Source of the DNA: Spirochaetia bacterium
GTDB lineage: Bacteria > Spirochaetota > Spirochaetia > UBA9216
DNA: 64,000 nucleotides
NCBI GenBank assembly: GCA_963677925.2
Contig: CAXXYH010000004.1
Span: 704,001-768,000, forward strand
Direction: 5' to 3'
Part shown: positions 56,729 to 64,000 of the stretch, piece after piece
Numbering within the stretch: position 1 is the first letter of the stretch
How the letters are laid out: each line of letters starts with the position of its first letter
Program-made: the position numbers and the translations under genes
Notes under the pieces: generated by a model
Databases searched by the model: none
What the model saw: the letters and a program-made list of their open reading frames with translations, nothing else
What the model was told of the DNA's origin: nothing

Positions 56729-56757
56729 TTGACGGCTGAAATTCTATCTCCTATACT
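56729..56757 (+). promoter_or_regulatory. Sigma70-type promoter of the tat cluster
   Basis: TTGACG, 17 nt spacer, TATACT. Confidence 0.75.
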
Positions 56758-56792
56758 TGGCAGGATTCAGATCACTTCAAAAATCTTCAAGG

Positions 56793-56899
56793 ATGTCAGG
56801 TCTGGAAAACGAAAAAACGCAGCAGAAGATAATAAACAGAAGAAGAGCTTCTCAAGAAGAGACTTCCTCAAGGGTGCTGCTGCACCTCGGAAATATTAA
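56793..56899 (+). pseudogene. Frameshifted Tat signal-peptide remnant or leader ORF upstream of tatC
   Basis: 56852-56884 encodes SRRDFLKGAAA, then PRKY-stop at 56899; it is -1 relative to ATG 56793 across the A6 run at 56812-56817. Confidence 0.55.
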
Positions 56900-56911
56900 T
56901 CCGGAGAGGGT

Positions 56912-57664
56912 ATGGGAAAAAAGCATGATCAGATGTCTCTTCTTGAACATATAGGAGAGCTTAGAACAAAACTAATAGTATCTGTCATAGCAGTTATTGC
57001 AGCTTCAGTTGTCTGCTTTATGTTTTATGACAGGTTGTATCAGATTTTTTTCCGTCCCTTCGAAGGTCTGGAAAATGAAAACGGGCAGAAGCTTTTTATC
57101 AACTACATATACGAAGGCTTCATGCTCAAATTCAAATTATCAATAATAGCCGGAATAGTATTGTCTTTTCCGATTCATATGTACAACATCCTCAGTTTTA
57201 TCTTTCCGGGACTGACAAAAAAGGAAAGCAGGATTATTGCTATCTGTCTTATTGCTGCACTTGCGCTTGCTGTCCTTGGATTCTATTACGGCTATTTTTA
57301 TATTGTTCCGATTTCCATAAGGTTTTTATCCGGTTCCGGATTTATACCTGAAGGGGTCGGAATGCTTCTTAATTTTGACAGGAACATTTTCTACATCCTT
57401 CAGTTTATGCTCGTTTCAGTTCTTGTTTTTCAGCTGCCGGTAATTCTGGAAGTACTGCTTATACTTAACATAATTGACAGGAAGGCCCTCCTTAAGGCTA
57501 GCCGTTATATCATCGTTGGGATTTTCATACTTTCAGCTTTATTTACGCCTCCTGACTTCATCTCCCAGATTGCCGTAGCTGTGCCTCTGATAGCGCTTTT
57601 CTTCATCACTATTCTCATAGCCTACATTTTCAGATTCGGAAACGGAGGTTTTGAGGATGCTTAA
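56912..57664 (+). CDS. tatC: Twin-arginine translocase subunit TatC
   Basis: MSLLEHIGELR, FIFPGL, VFQLP, FTPPDFISQ. Confidence 0.95.
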   Translation: MGKKHDQMSLLEHIGELRTKLIVSVIAVIAASVVCFMFYDRLYQIFFRPFEGLENENGQKLFINYIYEGFMLKFKLSIIAGIVLSFPIHMYNILSFIFPGLTKKESRIIAICLIAALALAVLGFYYGYFYIVPISIRFLSGSGFIPEGVGMLLNFDRNIFYILQFMLVSVLVFQLPVILEVLLILNIIDRKALLKASRYIIVGIFILSALFTPPDFISQIAVAVPLIALFFITILIAYIFRFGNGGFEDA

Positions 57665-57860
57665 CATCGGTTTATCAGAGGTATTTATTTTGGCAGTTAT
57701 TATCCTTCTGTTTTTAAGGCCGAAGGATGTTCCGGTAATAACCAGAAAGATCGGGAAGATAATGGGTACTTTCAGGAATTACAGAGAAACAATAGACAGG
57801 GAAATCAAAGATCTGGGAAAGATTGATGATTTGGAAAATGATAAGGAGAAAAAATCATGA
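57657..57860 (+). CDS. tatB: TatB-like subunit
   Basis: MLNIGLSEV..., single TM, PKDVP amphipathic helix; GGAGG RBS; overlaps the tatC stop. Confidence 0.75.
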   Translation: MLNIGLSEVFILAVIILLFLRPKDVPVITRKIGKIMGTFRNYRETIDREIKDLGKIDDLENDKEKKS

Positions 57861-58060
57861 TTGGAACTACAGAAATTGTTGTTGTAGCCGCTACCGGGCT
57901 TATTCTTTTCGGTTCGGCTGCTCTTCCGAAGTTTGCAAGATCAATTGGACAGGCAAAGAAGGAGCTGGAAAAGGGTATCAAGGAAGGCTATGTAGAAGAA
58001 GCTGCAGAAAAAGTCGCAGATGAGGCTCCGGCTGCAGGAAAAAGAAAGGCAAGAAAATAG
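57857..58060 (+). CDS. tatA: TatA/TatE subunit
   Basis: MIGTTE...ILFG...LPKFARSIGQAKKELEKG; ATGA overlap with the previous gene. Confidence 0.88.
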   Translation: MIGTTEIVVVAATGLILFGSAALPKFARSIGQAKKELEKGIKEGYVEEAAEKVADEAPAAGKRKARK

Positions 58061-58088
58061 GTTTATAAAAATCATTTTAGGAGAAAAT

Positions 58089-58460
58089 ATGAGATCAGCT
58101 AAAAGAATGCCGGTAATCATTACGGCCGTATTATCAATTCTCGTTTTAGCAGTAATTTCGGGATGCGCTTCAGTGAAGGCTCCTGTATATGCAGACGGTG
58201 AATACACAGGAAGCAGTACTGCAGGGATGGGCGGAAAGCTCAATGTTGCAGTTATAATTACAGAGGGAATGATTTCAGATGTTAAGGTTACTGCCCATAA
58301 CGAAACACCAGGAATCGGAACAAATGCTATTGATGCCCTGCCTGGAAAAATAGTTGAAGCCCAGTCAACAGAGGTTGATTCTGTAGCAGGAGCCTCAATG
58401 ACCTCTACTGCGATTAAAGAAGCTGTAGGCGCAGCACTCGCAGAAGCAGAAGGCAAATGA
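58089..58460 (+). CDS. FMN-binding (flavinylation) lipoprotein
   Basis: Lipobox ISGC; YADGEYTG, GMGG, HNETPGIG, VDSVAGASMTS; AGGAG RBS. Confidence 0.9.
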   Translation: MRSAKRMPVIITAVLSILVLAVISGCASVKAPVYADGEYTGSSTAGMGGKLNVAVIITEGMISDVKVTAHNETPGIGTNAIDALPGKIVEAQSTEVDSVAGASMTSTAIKEAVGAALAEAEGK

Positions 58461-58465
58461 ACATC

Positions 58466-58499
58466 AAAGCGGCTCTGAAATACAGAAGCCGCTTTTTTT
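58466..58499 (+). terminator. Rho-independent terminator between the FMN-lipoprotein and reductase genes
   Basis: AAAGCGGCTCTG/CAGAAGCCGCTTT stem followed by T7. Confidence 0.7.
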
Positions 58500-58528
58500 A
58501 GAAGAAGTAACAACAAAGGAGAAGCCTC

Positions 58529-60295
58529 GTGGAAAAGAAAAATCCTGAAGCCAACGAAAAAAAGAGCGGAATTTCCAGAAGAGATTTTATGAAGGGCGCT
58601 GCCGGAGGAGCTGCAGCTCTTGCCGCCGCAAGTGTCCTCAGCGGATGTACTACTACAGGTGCAGCCGGCGGAAGCACAGGTTCAGTTTCGGCAAATGGTC
58701 TTATGACTGCCGAAAAAGCCGCCAACATGAAGTGGAATTTTGAAATTGCCCCGAAACCGGTTTCAGAGTCAAAGATCTCAAAAACATATACACATGATGT
58801 AGTCGTTATCGGTGCAGGACTCTCAGGGCTCTGTACTATGTGCTCAGCTCTTGAAAGCGGTGCAGATGCAGTCATGTTTTCTGCCAGTTCAAAGCCTATA
58901 GGCCGCGGCGGATCGAACCATGCAATCGGTTCGAAATACCAGAAAGAGATGGGTATTGAATATACACCTGAAATTGCCCGTGAAATCGTTAAAACCGAGC
59001 AGACTTCCGGAACCTATTTCATGGATAAGCAGAAATGGGCCAAGTGGATCAACAACAGTGCTGAAGCAGTAGACTGGATGATCGACAAGATGGAAGCCAA
59101 AGGACTTAAAACCTCCCTCGAAGCCGGTTATTATGATCCGGACGGTGTTCTTACTGTTCCTCATGCTTCACATAACTTTTTTACCGATGAACAGCCGCTT
59201 GGTGTTTTCTTCGGTGCACCGCTTCAGGCCAAAGCCTATGCAGAGCATATAAAAGACATGGGCGGAGAGATCCACTTTAAGACTATTGCCCAGTATCTTA
59301 TCAGGGAAAATGATAATACCGGAAGGGTTTCGGCTGTTGTAGCCAAAACAGAAGACGGAAGCTATGTTAAGTACGTTGCCAGAAAGGCAGTTGTTCTTGC
59401 TACCGGAGACTTTTCAAGAGATAAGGACATGCTTGCAAAATACAGTCCCTGGGCCTACGGTCTTTTCAAGGATAAGCTTGCAGCTGAACCCAATTATGAT
59501 GCTGAAATGACATTTGACGGACTTATGCCCGGCGACGGTCAGAAGATGGGTCTCTGGGTAGGTGCAGGATGGCAGAGAACCTTCCCGAATGCTCCTGTTA
59601 TCAACGGCGGTGCTGCAGGTCCAAGCCATGCAATCATCTCTAACTTCTGGGGCTGTAACCTCGATGTCAACGGAAAGAGATACCAGAACGAATGTACAAA
59701 CTTTGCATACGGCGCCATGTCGGTACTTCAGCTTCCCAAGCAGACAGCATTCGGAATATGGGATGCCGGATACGCCTACACTCAGGAAGAATGGGAACCG
59801 CTCGGGTACACAATCGGCCAGGTGAATGGAATCAAGCCCCTCTCTCCGGAAGAATATCTTGAGTCATGGAAGAACAATCCTTCGTTCATAAAGGCTGATA
59901 CAATTGAAGACCTCGTTGCACAGCTTGATATGGATGATGAAGGAAAGAAGAATGCTCTTGAATCCATAAAGAATTACACCAGATATGCAGAACAGGGATA
60001 TGATGAAGAGTTTCAGGTTAACCCCAAGATTCTTTTCCCCATCAAACAGGGACCCTTCTTTGCATCAAAAACAGTCGGCGCAACCTTCCTTGCTGTAACA
60101 GGTGGACTTAGAACCAATACAGATCTTCAGGTATGTGATGCTGACGATAATCCAATCGAAGGTCTCTACAACACCGGAACAATGGTCGGCGACTTTTACG
60201 CCAACTCATATAACTTTGTTATGCCGGGACAGAACCTCGGAGCTCTCTGCTGTACACTTTCCTATATGCTTGGACGTGATCTGGCAGCCTTATAA
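58529..60295 (+). CDS. Tat-exported FAD-dependent oxidoreductase lipoprotein (flavocytochrome c/fumarate-reductase flavoprotein superfamily)
   Basis: SRRDFMKGAA Tat motif with LSGC lipobox; VVVIGAGLSG, VLATGDF, GDGQKMG, GKRYQNE, KADTIEDL, IEGLYNTG. Confidence 0.9.
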   Translation: MEKKNPEANEKKSGISRRDFMKGAAGGAAALAAASVLSGCTTTGAAGGSTGSVSANGLMTAEKAANMKWNFEIAPKPVSESKISKTYTHDVVVIGAGLSGLCTMCSALESGADAVMFSASSKPIGRGGSNHAIGSKYQKEMGIEYTPEIAREIVKTEQTSGTYFMDKQKWAKWINNSAEAVDWMIDKMEAKGLKTSLEAGYYDPDGVLTVPHASHNFFTDEQPLGVFFGAPLQAKAYAEHIKDMGGEIHFKTIAQYLIRENDNTGRVSAVVAKTEDGSYVKYVARKAVVLATGDFSRDKDMLAKYSPWAYGLFKDKLAAEPNYDAEMTFDGLMPGDGQKMGLWVGAGWQRTFPNAPVINGGAAGPSHAIISNFWGCNLDVNGKRYQNECTNFAYGAMSVLQLPKQTAFGIWDAGYAYTQEEWEPLGYTIGQVNGIKPLSPEEYLESWKNNPSFIKADTIEDLVAQLDMDDEGKKNALESIKNYTRYAEQGYDEEFQVNPKILFPIKQGPFFASKTVGATFLAVTGGLRTNTDLQVCDADDNPIEGLYNTGTMVGDFYANSYNFVMPGQNLGALCCTLSYMLGRDLAAL

Positions 60296-60309
60296 TTTTC
60301 AAATAACTC

Positions 60310-60340
60310 AGCGGGGTGGACAAGAGTCCGCTTCGCTTTT
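60310..60340 (+). terminator. Terminator after the reductase gene
   Basis: AGCGGGGTGGAC/GTCCGCTTCGCT stem (with G-U pairs) plus a T-tract. Confidence 0.65.
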
Positions 60341-60432
60341 CATCAAATCTATACAGGTACCTTTCTTTTTCCTTCTTGCAATAAATCTCTGTTTCCTTTA
60401 AACATAAAACAACACCAATTCGGAGGAATAAG

Positions 60433-60708
60433 ATGACAATCAAACATAATGTATATTTTGACGGTGCAGTTCAGAGTCTCGGCTTTATCGATGCAGAAGG
60501 GAAGACTTCAATGAGTGCCGGAACCGTACTTCCCGGAGACTATGATTTCGGAACAGCCGGACCGAAGGAAACAATGACTGTAACAAGCGGTGCACTCACA
60601 ATAAACGGCAAGACCTATAATGTCGGCGACACCTGTGTTGTTGAGACCGGCGAAAAGATCAATATCGCCGCTGCAGAAGAATCAAGCTACACCTGCTATT
60701 ACGGCTGA
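60433..60708 (+). CDS. ppnP: Pyrimidine/purine nucleoside phosphorylase (YaiE/DUF1255)
   Basis: HNVYFDGAVQSLGF, PGDYDFGT..ETMTVTSG, C-terminal YTCYY. Confidence 0.88.
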   Translation: MTIKHNVYFDGAVQSLGFIDAEGKTSMSAGTVLPGDYDFGTAGPKETMTVTSGALTINGKTYNVGDTCVVETGEKINIAAAEESSYTCYYG

Positions 60709-60776
60709 AAGCATAAACCCCTTTATAAACAACTGTGAACTCCAGTTTTCAGTTGTTCAGCTTAGATATCCTGAAT

Positions 60777-60812
60777 AAAAGAATAAGCCTCAAGACAGCT
60801 TATTCTTTTTTT
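60777..60812 (+). terminator. Rho-independent terminator
   Basis: AAAAGAATAAGC/GCTTATTCTTTT stem plus a T-tract. Confidence 0.65.
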
Positions 60813-60870
60813 CCCACTTTAAAAATTCCTCCGCTCTTAGTATTATTAATATACAAATATGGAGGACTTC

Positions 60871-62514
60871 ATGGATTTGAATTTCGGCTACGCGGATGTA
60901 GCCTTTAAAAATGGCAAAGTAATAACTGTAAATGAAAAAGATGAGATTGTTCAGGCCCTGGCAGTTAAGGGAAACAAAATAGTCTTTGTCGGCAGCGATT
61001 CTGATGTCGATTCAATCATAAACGAAAATACAAAAGTAATCGATCTGAAAGGCCGGAGCATGATGCCCGGAATTATTGATTCGCATTTTCACCCTATCCT
61101 CGCCGGATTTATCGGTCCTGAGATGGATGCTGCAATGATTGATACGACATTTAAAAACTGCAAGAGTCTTGTCGAAATGCTTGATCTTCTAAAGCAGGCC
61201 GTATCAATCAAAAAGCCCGGCCAATGGGTATCGATGATGGGTTATGAACCCCTGCTTCTTCCTGAACAGCGGCATCCTACGATAGAAGAACTTGACGCTA
61301 TAGCCCCGAATAACCCAGTTCACTGTATGCACGGCGGCGGCCATATATGTATGTACAACTCAAAGGCTCTTGAATACCTTGATGTCTACAAACCTGAAGA
61401 TGCTGATAAGTATCCTCATAATGAGGTAGAGGTTATTGACGGTAAGCTGACCGGAATGGTTTACGGTCACACTCACTTCAAGCTTTGGGGAATGGTTGAT
61501 TATACCGAAGAACAGCAGGCAAAGGCTGCAATGAAATCGCATGATATTGCGCTTAAGGCAGGAATTACCTCTGTGCATGATGCCGGAGAGTGCGATAAAC
61601 CTTCATACCATATCATGCAGAAACTCTGCCGCGATCGAACCTTTAAAATTAGAAGTTATATGCTGCTGCACAGTATTTTCGGAAAACCCTTCTCTCTGGA
61701 AGATAACGATCATTTTATGTCTCTCGGTTTTCAGACAGGCCTTGGTGATGAACATTTCAGAATAGGCTCATGCAAGTTCATGATTGACGGCGGCTCCGGC
61801 GGGCCTTCCTGCGCTACCCGTGAGCCCTACAGCCATGACCCTTCACTTCCCAGAGAGCGCGGATGGGAACGTGAAGAGGTTGCGGAATATATCAAACTCA
61901 TCAATGATGCTGAGTGTCAGGGTACCGCCCATGCAATCGGAGACCTTGCTGTTGAGTTTATGGTTGAAGGTTATGAAAAAGCGTTCAAAGACAACCCCAG
62001 GCCGGATCTCCGCCACAGAATAGAGCACTGTACGATATCGGACCAGGACCTCATTGACCGTATGGCAAAGATGAATATCTGCCCGACTGTTAATCCGGGT
62101 ATGCTCACAACAATAGGTGCAAACTATTCAAAGTTCTACGGTGAACGTATGAAGTATCTTATTGCGCTGCGGAGCATGCTTGATGCGGGTATCAGAGTTT
62201 CGCTGGCCAGTGACTATCCTTCAGGCCCGATTGGAATTAATGTAATGGACGGTGCTGTTAACCGCTATAACAGGGCAAACAGTATACAGCTTGACCAGAC
62301 ACAGTGCATAAGTGTTCTTGAAGCCGTAAGATGTACAACCCTTAACGGTGCATATGCTTCTTTTGAAGATGATATTAAGGGCAGTCTTGAAGAAGGCAAG
62401 CTTGCCGACATGATAATCCTTTCCGAGGATATAACTTCAATCGATCCGATGAAGCTTAATGAAGTTGAAGTTGAGCTGACAATGATTGATGGTGAAATAC
62501 TCTACTCTAAGTAG
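60871..62514 (+). CDS. Amidohydrolase 3 family protein (YtcJ-like)
   Basis: PGIIDSHFH, GITSVHDA, KFMIDG, HAIGD, RIEH, SDYP, GKLADMIILS. Confidence 0.9.
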   Translation: MDLNFGYADVAFKNGKVITVNEKDEIVQALAVKGNKIVFVGSDSDVDSIINENTKVIDLKGRSMMPGIIDSHFHPILAGFIGPEMDAAMIDTTFKNCKSLVEMLDLLKQAVSIKKPGQWVSMMGYEPLLLPEQRHPTIEELDAIAPNNPVHCMHGGGHICMYNSKALEYLDVYKPEDADKYPHNEVEVIDGKLTGMVYGHTHFKLWGMVDYTEEQQAKAAMKSHDIALKAGITSVHDAGECDKPSYHIMQKLCRDRTFKIRSYMLLHSIFGKPFSLEDNDHFMSLGFQTGLGDEHFRIGSCKFMIDGGSGGPSCATREPYSHDPSLPRERGWEREEVAEYIKLINDAECQGTAHAIGDLAVEFMVEGYEKAFKDNPRPDLRHRIEHCTISDQDLIDRMAKMNICPTVNPGMLTTIGANYSKFYGERMKYLIALRSMLDAGIRVSLASDYPSGPIGINVMDGAVNRYNRANSIQLDQTQCISVLEAVRCTTLNGAYASFEDDIKGSLEEGKLADMIILSEDITSIDPMKLNEVEVELTMIDGEILYSK

Positions 62515-62531
62515 ATTTTACAGAAAGTTGG

Positions 62532-62569
62532 AGCAGGATTGGAGCTTTAAGGCTTCTGTCCTGCTTTTT
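62532..62569 (+). terminator. Terminator between convergent genes
   Basis: AGCAGGA.../...TCCTGCT long imperfect stem plus T5. Confidence 0.55.
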
Positions 62570-62951
62570 ACAGTTTGCATTTATAAGTGATTTTCGTTGA
62601 GCCCAGAATTATTACATCCTGATTTTTAAGTTCGATCATTTCATCAATATTTATTTTCTTTTTGTTTATGTATGTGCCGTTTTTGCTTCCGATATCCTTA
62701 AGGTATGCCTTCCCGAGTTTAAAAGTCACGGTAGCATGAAACTTGGAAACCTTCGGATCCGAAACAATCACAGCATTGCTGCGGTCCCGTCCTATCCCGA
62801 AACTTCTATTTGACAGCGGAACACTGCGGCTGTGGGCCTGAATCATCGGAACCTTGTTTATATAGGAAATTACAGCTTCTTTCTCAATAGTTATTCCTCT
62901 GGACAGATCTGTGAAAATGGTTTCAGCATTAAAAAGGTTTTTCCCCGGCAT
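62568..62951 (-). CDS. FHA-domain protein
   Basis: IGR, VSKFHA, DIGSKNGTYIN, LKNQDVIILG. Confidence 0.9.
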   Translation of the reverse strand: MPGKNLFNAETIFTDLSRGITIEKEAVISYINKVPMIQAHSRSVPLSNRSFGIGRDRSNAVIVSDPKVSKFHATVTFKLGKAYLKDIGSKNGTYINKKKINIDEMIELKNQDVIILGSTKITYKCKL

Positions 62952-63072
62952 AGCCTCTCTCTTCCGTATTTATCTTGTATCTTTAATGATATAGCAAAAC
63001 TCTGAAAAATCATACCGATTTTATGAATAGAAAAGGCTTAACAGTAAAAGACGCAAGTTATATATTCTCTGT

Positions 63073-64000
63073 ATGGATGTAAGCGGAATATCAGAACAGA
63101 TTTTAAATAATATCAAAGCTGTCCCTGTGAATAAAACCCCGGAAGGGCTTCCCCTTGAACCCTGCAGGATATTCAACAGCAGGAATTCAGAATTATCTGA
63201 ATGTCCTGATATGAATATCGATTATTTTCCGCCTCTGGTGCATATCATCCTTTACAGTACTGTTTCAGATGAAGATTCTAATGATTTGGTGGGAATGCTC
63301 CGCACTTCGCTGGCCGGCGCAAAGATAACTGTCCAGGATCGTTCGGTTCGCCCCTTTGAGCTGAAGTATTCAGATTTAACAGAGTCTGATGAGTATGCTG
63401 TTACTGAAAACGGACTGCAGTATTATGTTCAGCCGCTCAGAGGGCAGAACTTCGGTTTTTTTGCAGATATGCGTGAGGGCCGGCGTCTGGTCAGTCAGAT
63501 TGCAGCCTCTTTGCTTGCCGAAAAGAAGTCCGTAAATGTGCTCAATCTTTTTGCCTACACCTGCTCACTGTCGGTTGCGGCGGTTTATGCCGGAGCCTCA
63601 AAATGTGTCAACATCGATAAAAATAAACGTTCACTCGATATAGGCAGGCGTAACCACAGCCTGAACGCAGATCAGCTTCCGGATGATTATTCAAAGAAAG
63701 TGAAATACCTGCCTCATGATATTTTCAAGTCATTCGGCAAGCTGAAAAAGGAAGGCCCGTACAATCTTATTATCGCCGATCCTCCGCCCAGCCAGCCTGG
63801 AAGTTTTATACTTGAAAAGGATTATCCAAGGCTGATAAGGCGGCTGCCTGAAATGCTTGAGAGCGGCGGATTTCTTCTGCTGAGTCTTAATTCACCTGCA
63901 TTCAGCTGGGAGGATTTTGAAAAGCTTACTGCCGAAGCCCTGCCTGAAGCGGCTGTTTTAAAAAGAATAGAACCGCCCGCAGACTTTGCTCCTGCTGAAG
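63073..64000 (+). CDS. Class I SAM-dependent methyltransferase (RlmI/RlmK-like); runs off the window, not in the ORF track
   Basis: Manual translation from ATG 63073 gives GQNFGFFADMREGR, VLNLFAYTCSLSVAA, IIADPP, KDYPRL. Confidence 0.85.
   Translation, partial: MDVSGISEQILNNIKAVPVNKTPEGLPLEPCRIFNSRNSELSECPDMNIDYFPPLVHIILYSTVSDEDSNDLVGMLRTSLAGAKITVQDRSVRPFELKYSDLTESDEYAVTENGLQYYVQPLRGQNFGFFADMREGRRLVSQIAASLLAEKKSVNVLNLFAYTCSLSVAAVYAGASKCVNIDKNKRSLDIGRRNHSLNADQLPDDYSKKVKYLPHDIFKSFGKLKKEGPYNLIIADPPPSQPGSFILEKDYPRLIRRLPEMLESGGFLLLSLNSPAFSWEDFEKLTAEALPEAAVLKRIEPPADFAPAE

Noticed and set aside
56729-56899. 56-aa TTG-started ORF in frame with the Tat motif
   Set aside because: The TTG is the -35 hexamer of the predicted promoter and has no RBS, so it is unlikely to be a real start.
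56757-56954. 65-aa ORF-track ORF upstream of tatC
   Set aside because: Its TTG start overlaps the -10 box and the product has no recognisable features. Only the part from ATG 56793 is considered, in the leader finding.
56798-57091. 17/18-nt direct repeat AGGTCTGGAAAAyGAAAA in the leader (56798) and inside tatC (57064)
   Set aside because: Short and A-rich, with only two copies; it could be chance, and I cannot support a mechanism.
610-62028. Numerous short ORFs antisense to or nested within long genes (e.g. 28813-29385, 57941-58516, 12877-13323)
   Set aside because: These are shadow frames of well-supported genes, with no recognisable motifs.
1-64000. CRISPR arrays, tRNA/rRNA genes, IS elements, prophage or defence genes
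   Set aside because: I saw no regularly spaced repeats, structural RNA signatures, transposase/integrase or phage motifs; intergenic hairpins differ from each other and look like terminators.

Overview
Gene-dense, moderately AT-rich bacterial chromosome segment, most likely from a free-living anaerobic spirochaete (inferred from Cys-less 'FAxGxxE' signal peptides on the solute-binding proteins, many lipoproteins, an MCP and PilZ/HD-GYP proteins). I saw no rRNA, tRNA, CRISPR array, IS element or prophage. In order, the window holds: a CsoR copper-repressor locus with an uncalled LDCC peptide and operator; orphan HisKA_2 kinases; an alpha-2-macroglobulin/PBP1C pair; a nucleoside ABC uptake/hydrolase/deaminase operon; an ArsR/thioredoxin/ArsP cluster; HD-GYP, rhodanese and cysteine desulfidase genes; an NMT1/THI5-type ABC system; purU; an MCP; a LarA-family gene plus phosphatase; a CsgG-like protein plus surface lipoprotein; a YtrA-type ABC operon; a rhamnoside/glucoside utilisation cluster; a tatC-tatB-tatA-FMN-lipoprotein-flavin reductase cluster; ppnP; an amidohydrolase; an FHA protein; and a SAM methyltransferase. 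Most notable observations: (1) a hidden twin-arginine signal (SRRDFLKGAAA) encoded in the tatC leader, one base out of frame with its ATG; (2) a circularly permuted NMT1/THI5 binding protein; (3) a self-contained Tat plus flavin extracytoplasmic reductase module whose active site does not match fumarate reductase; (4) a thioester-less macroglobulin in the PBP1C-type operon; (5) a CsgG-like/lipoprotein pair that may form a surface-display module. All family calls come from motif recognition by eye, not database searches.
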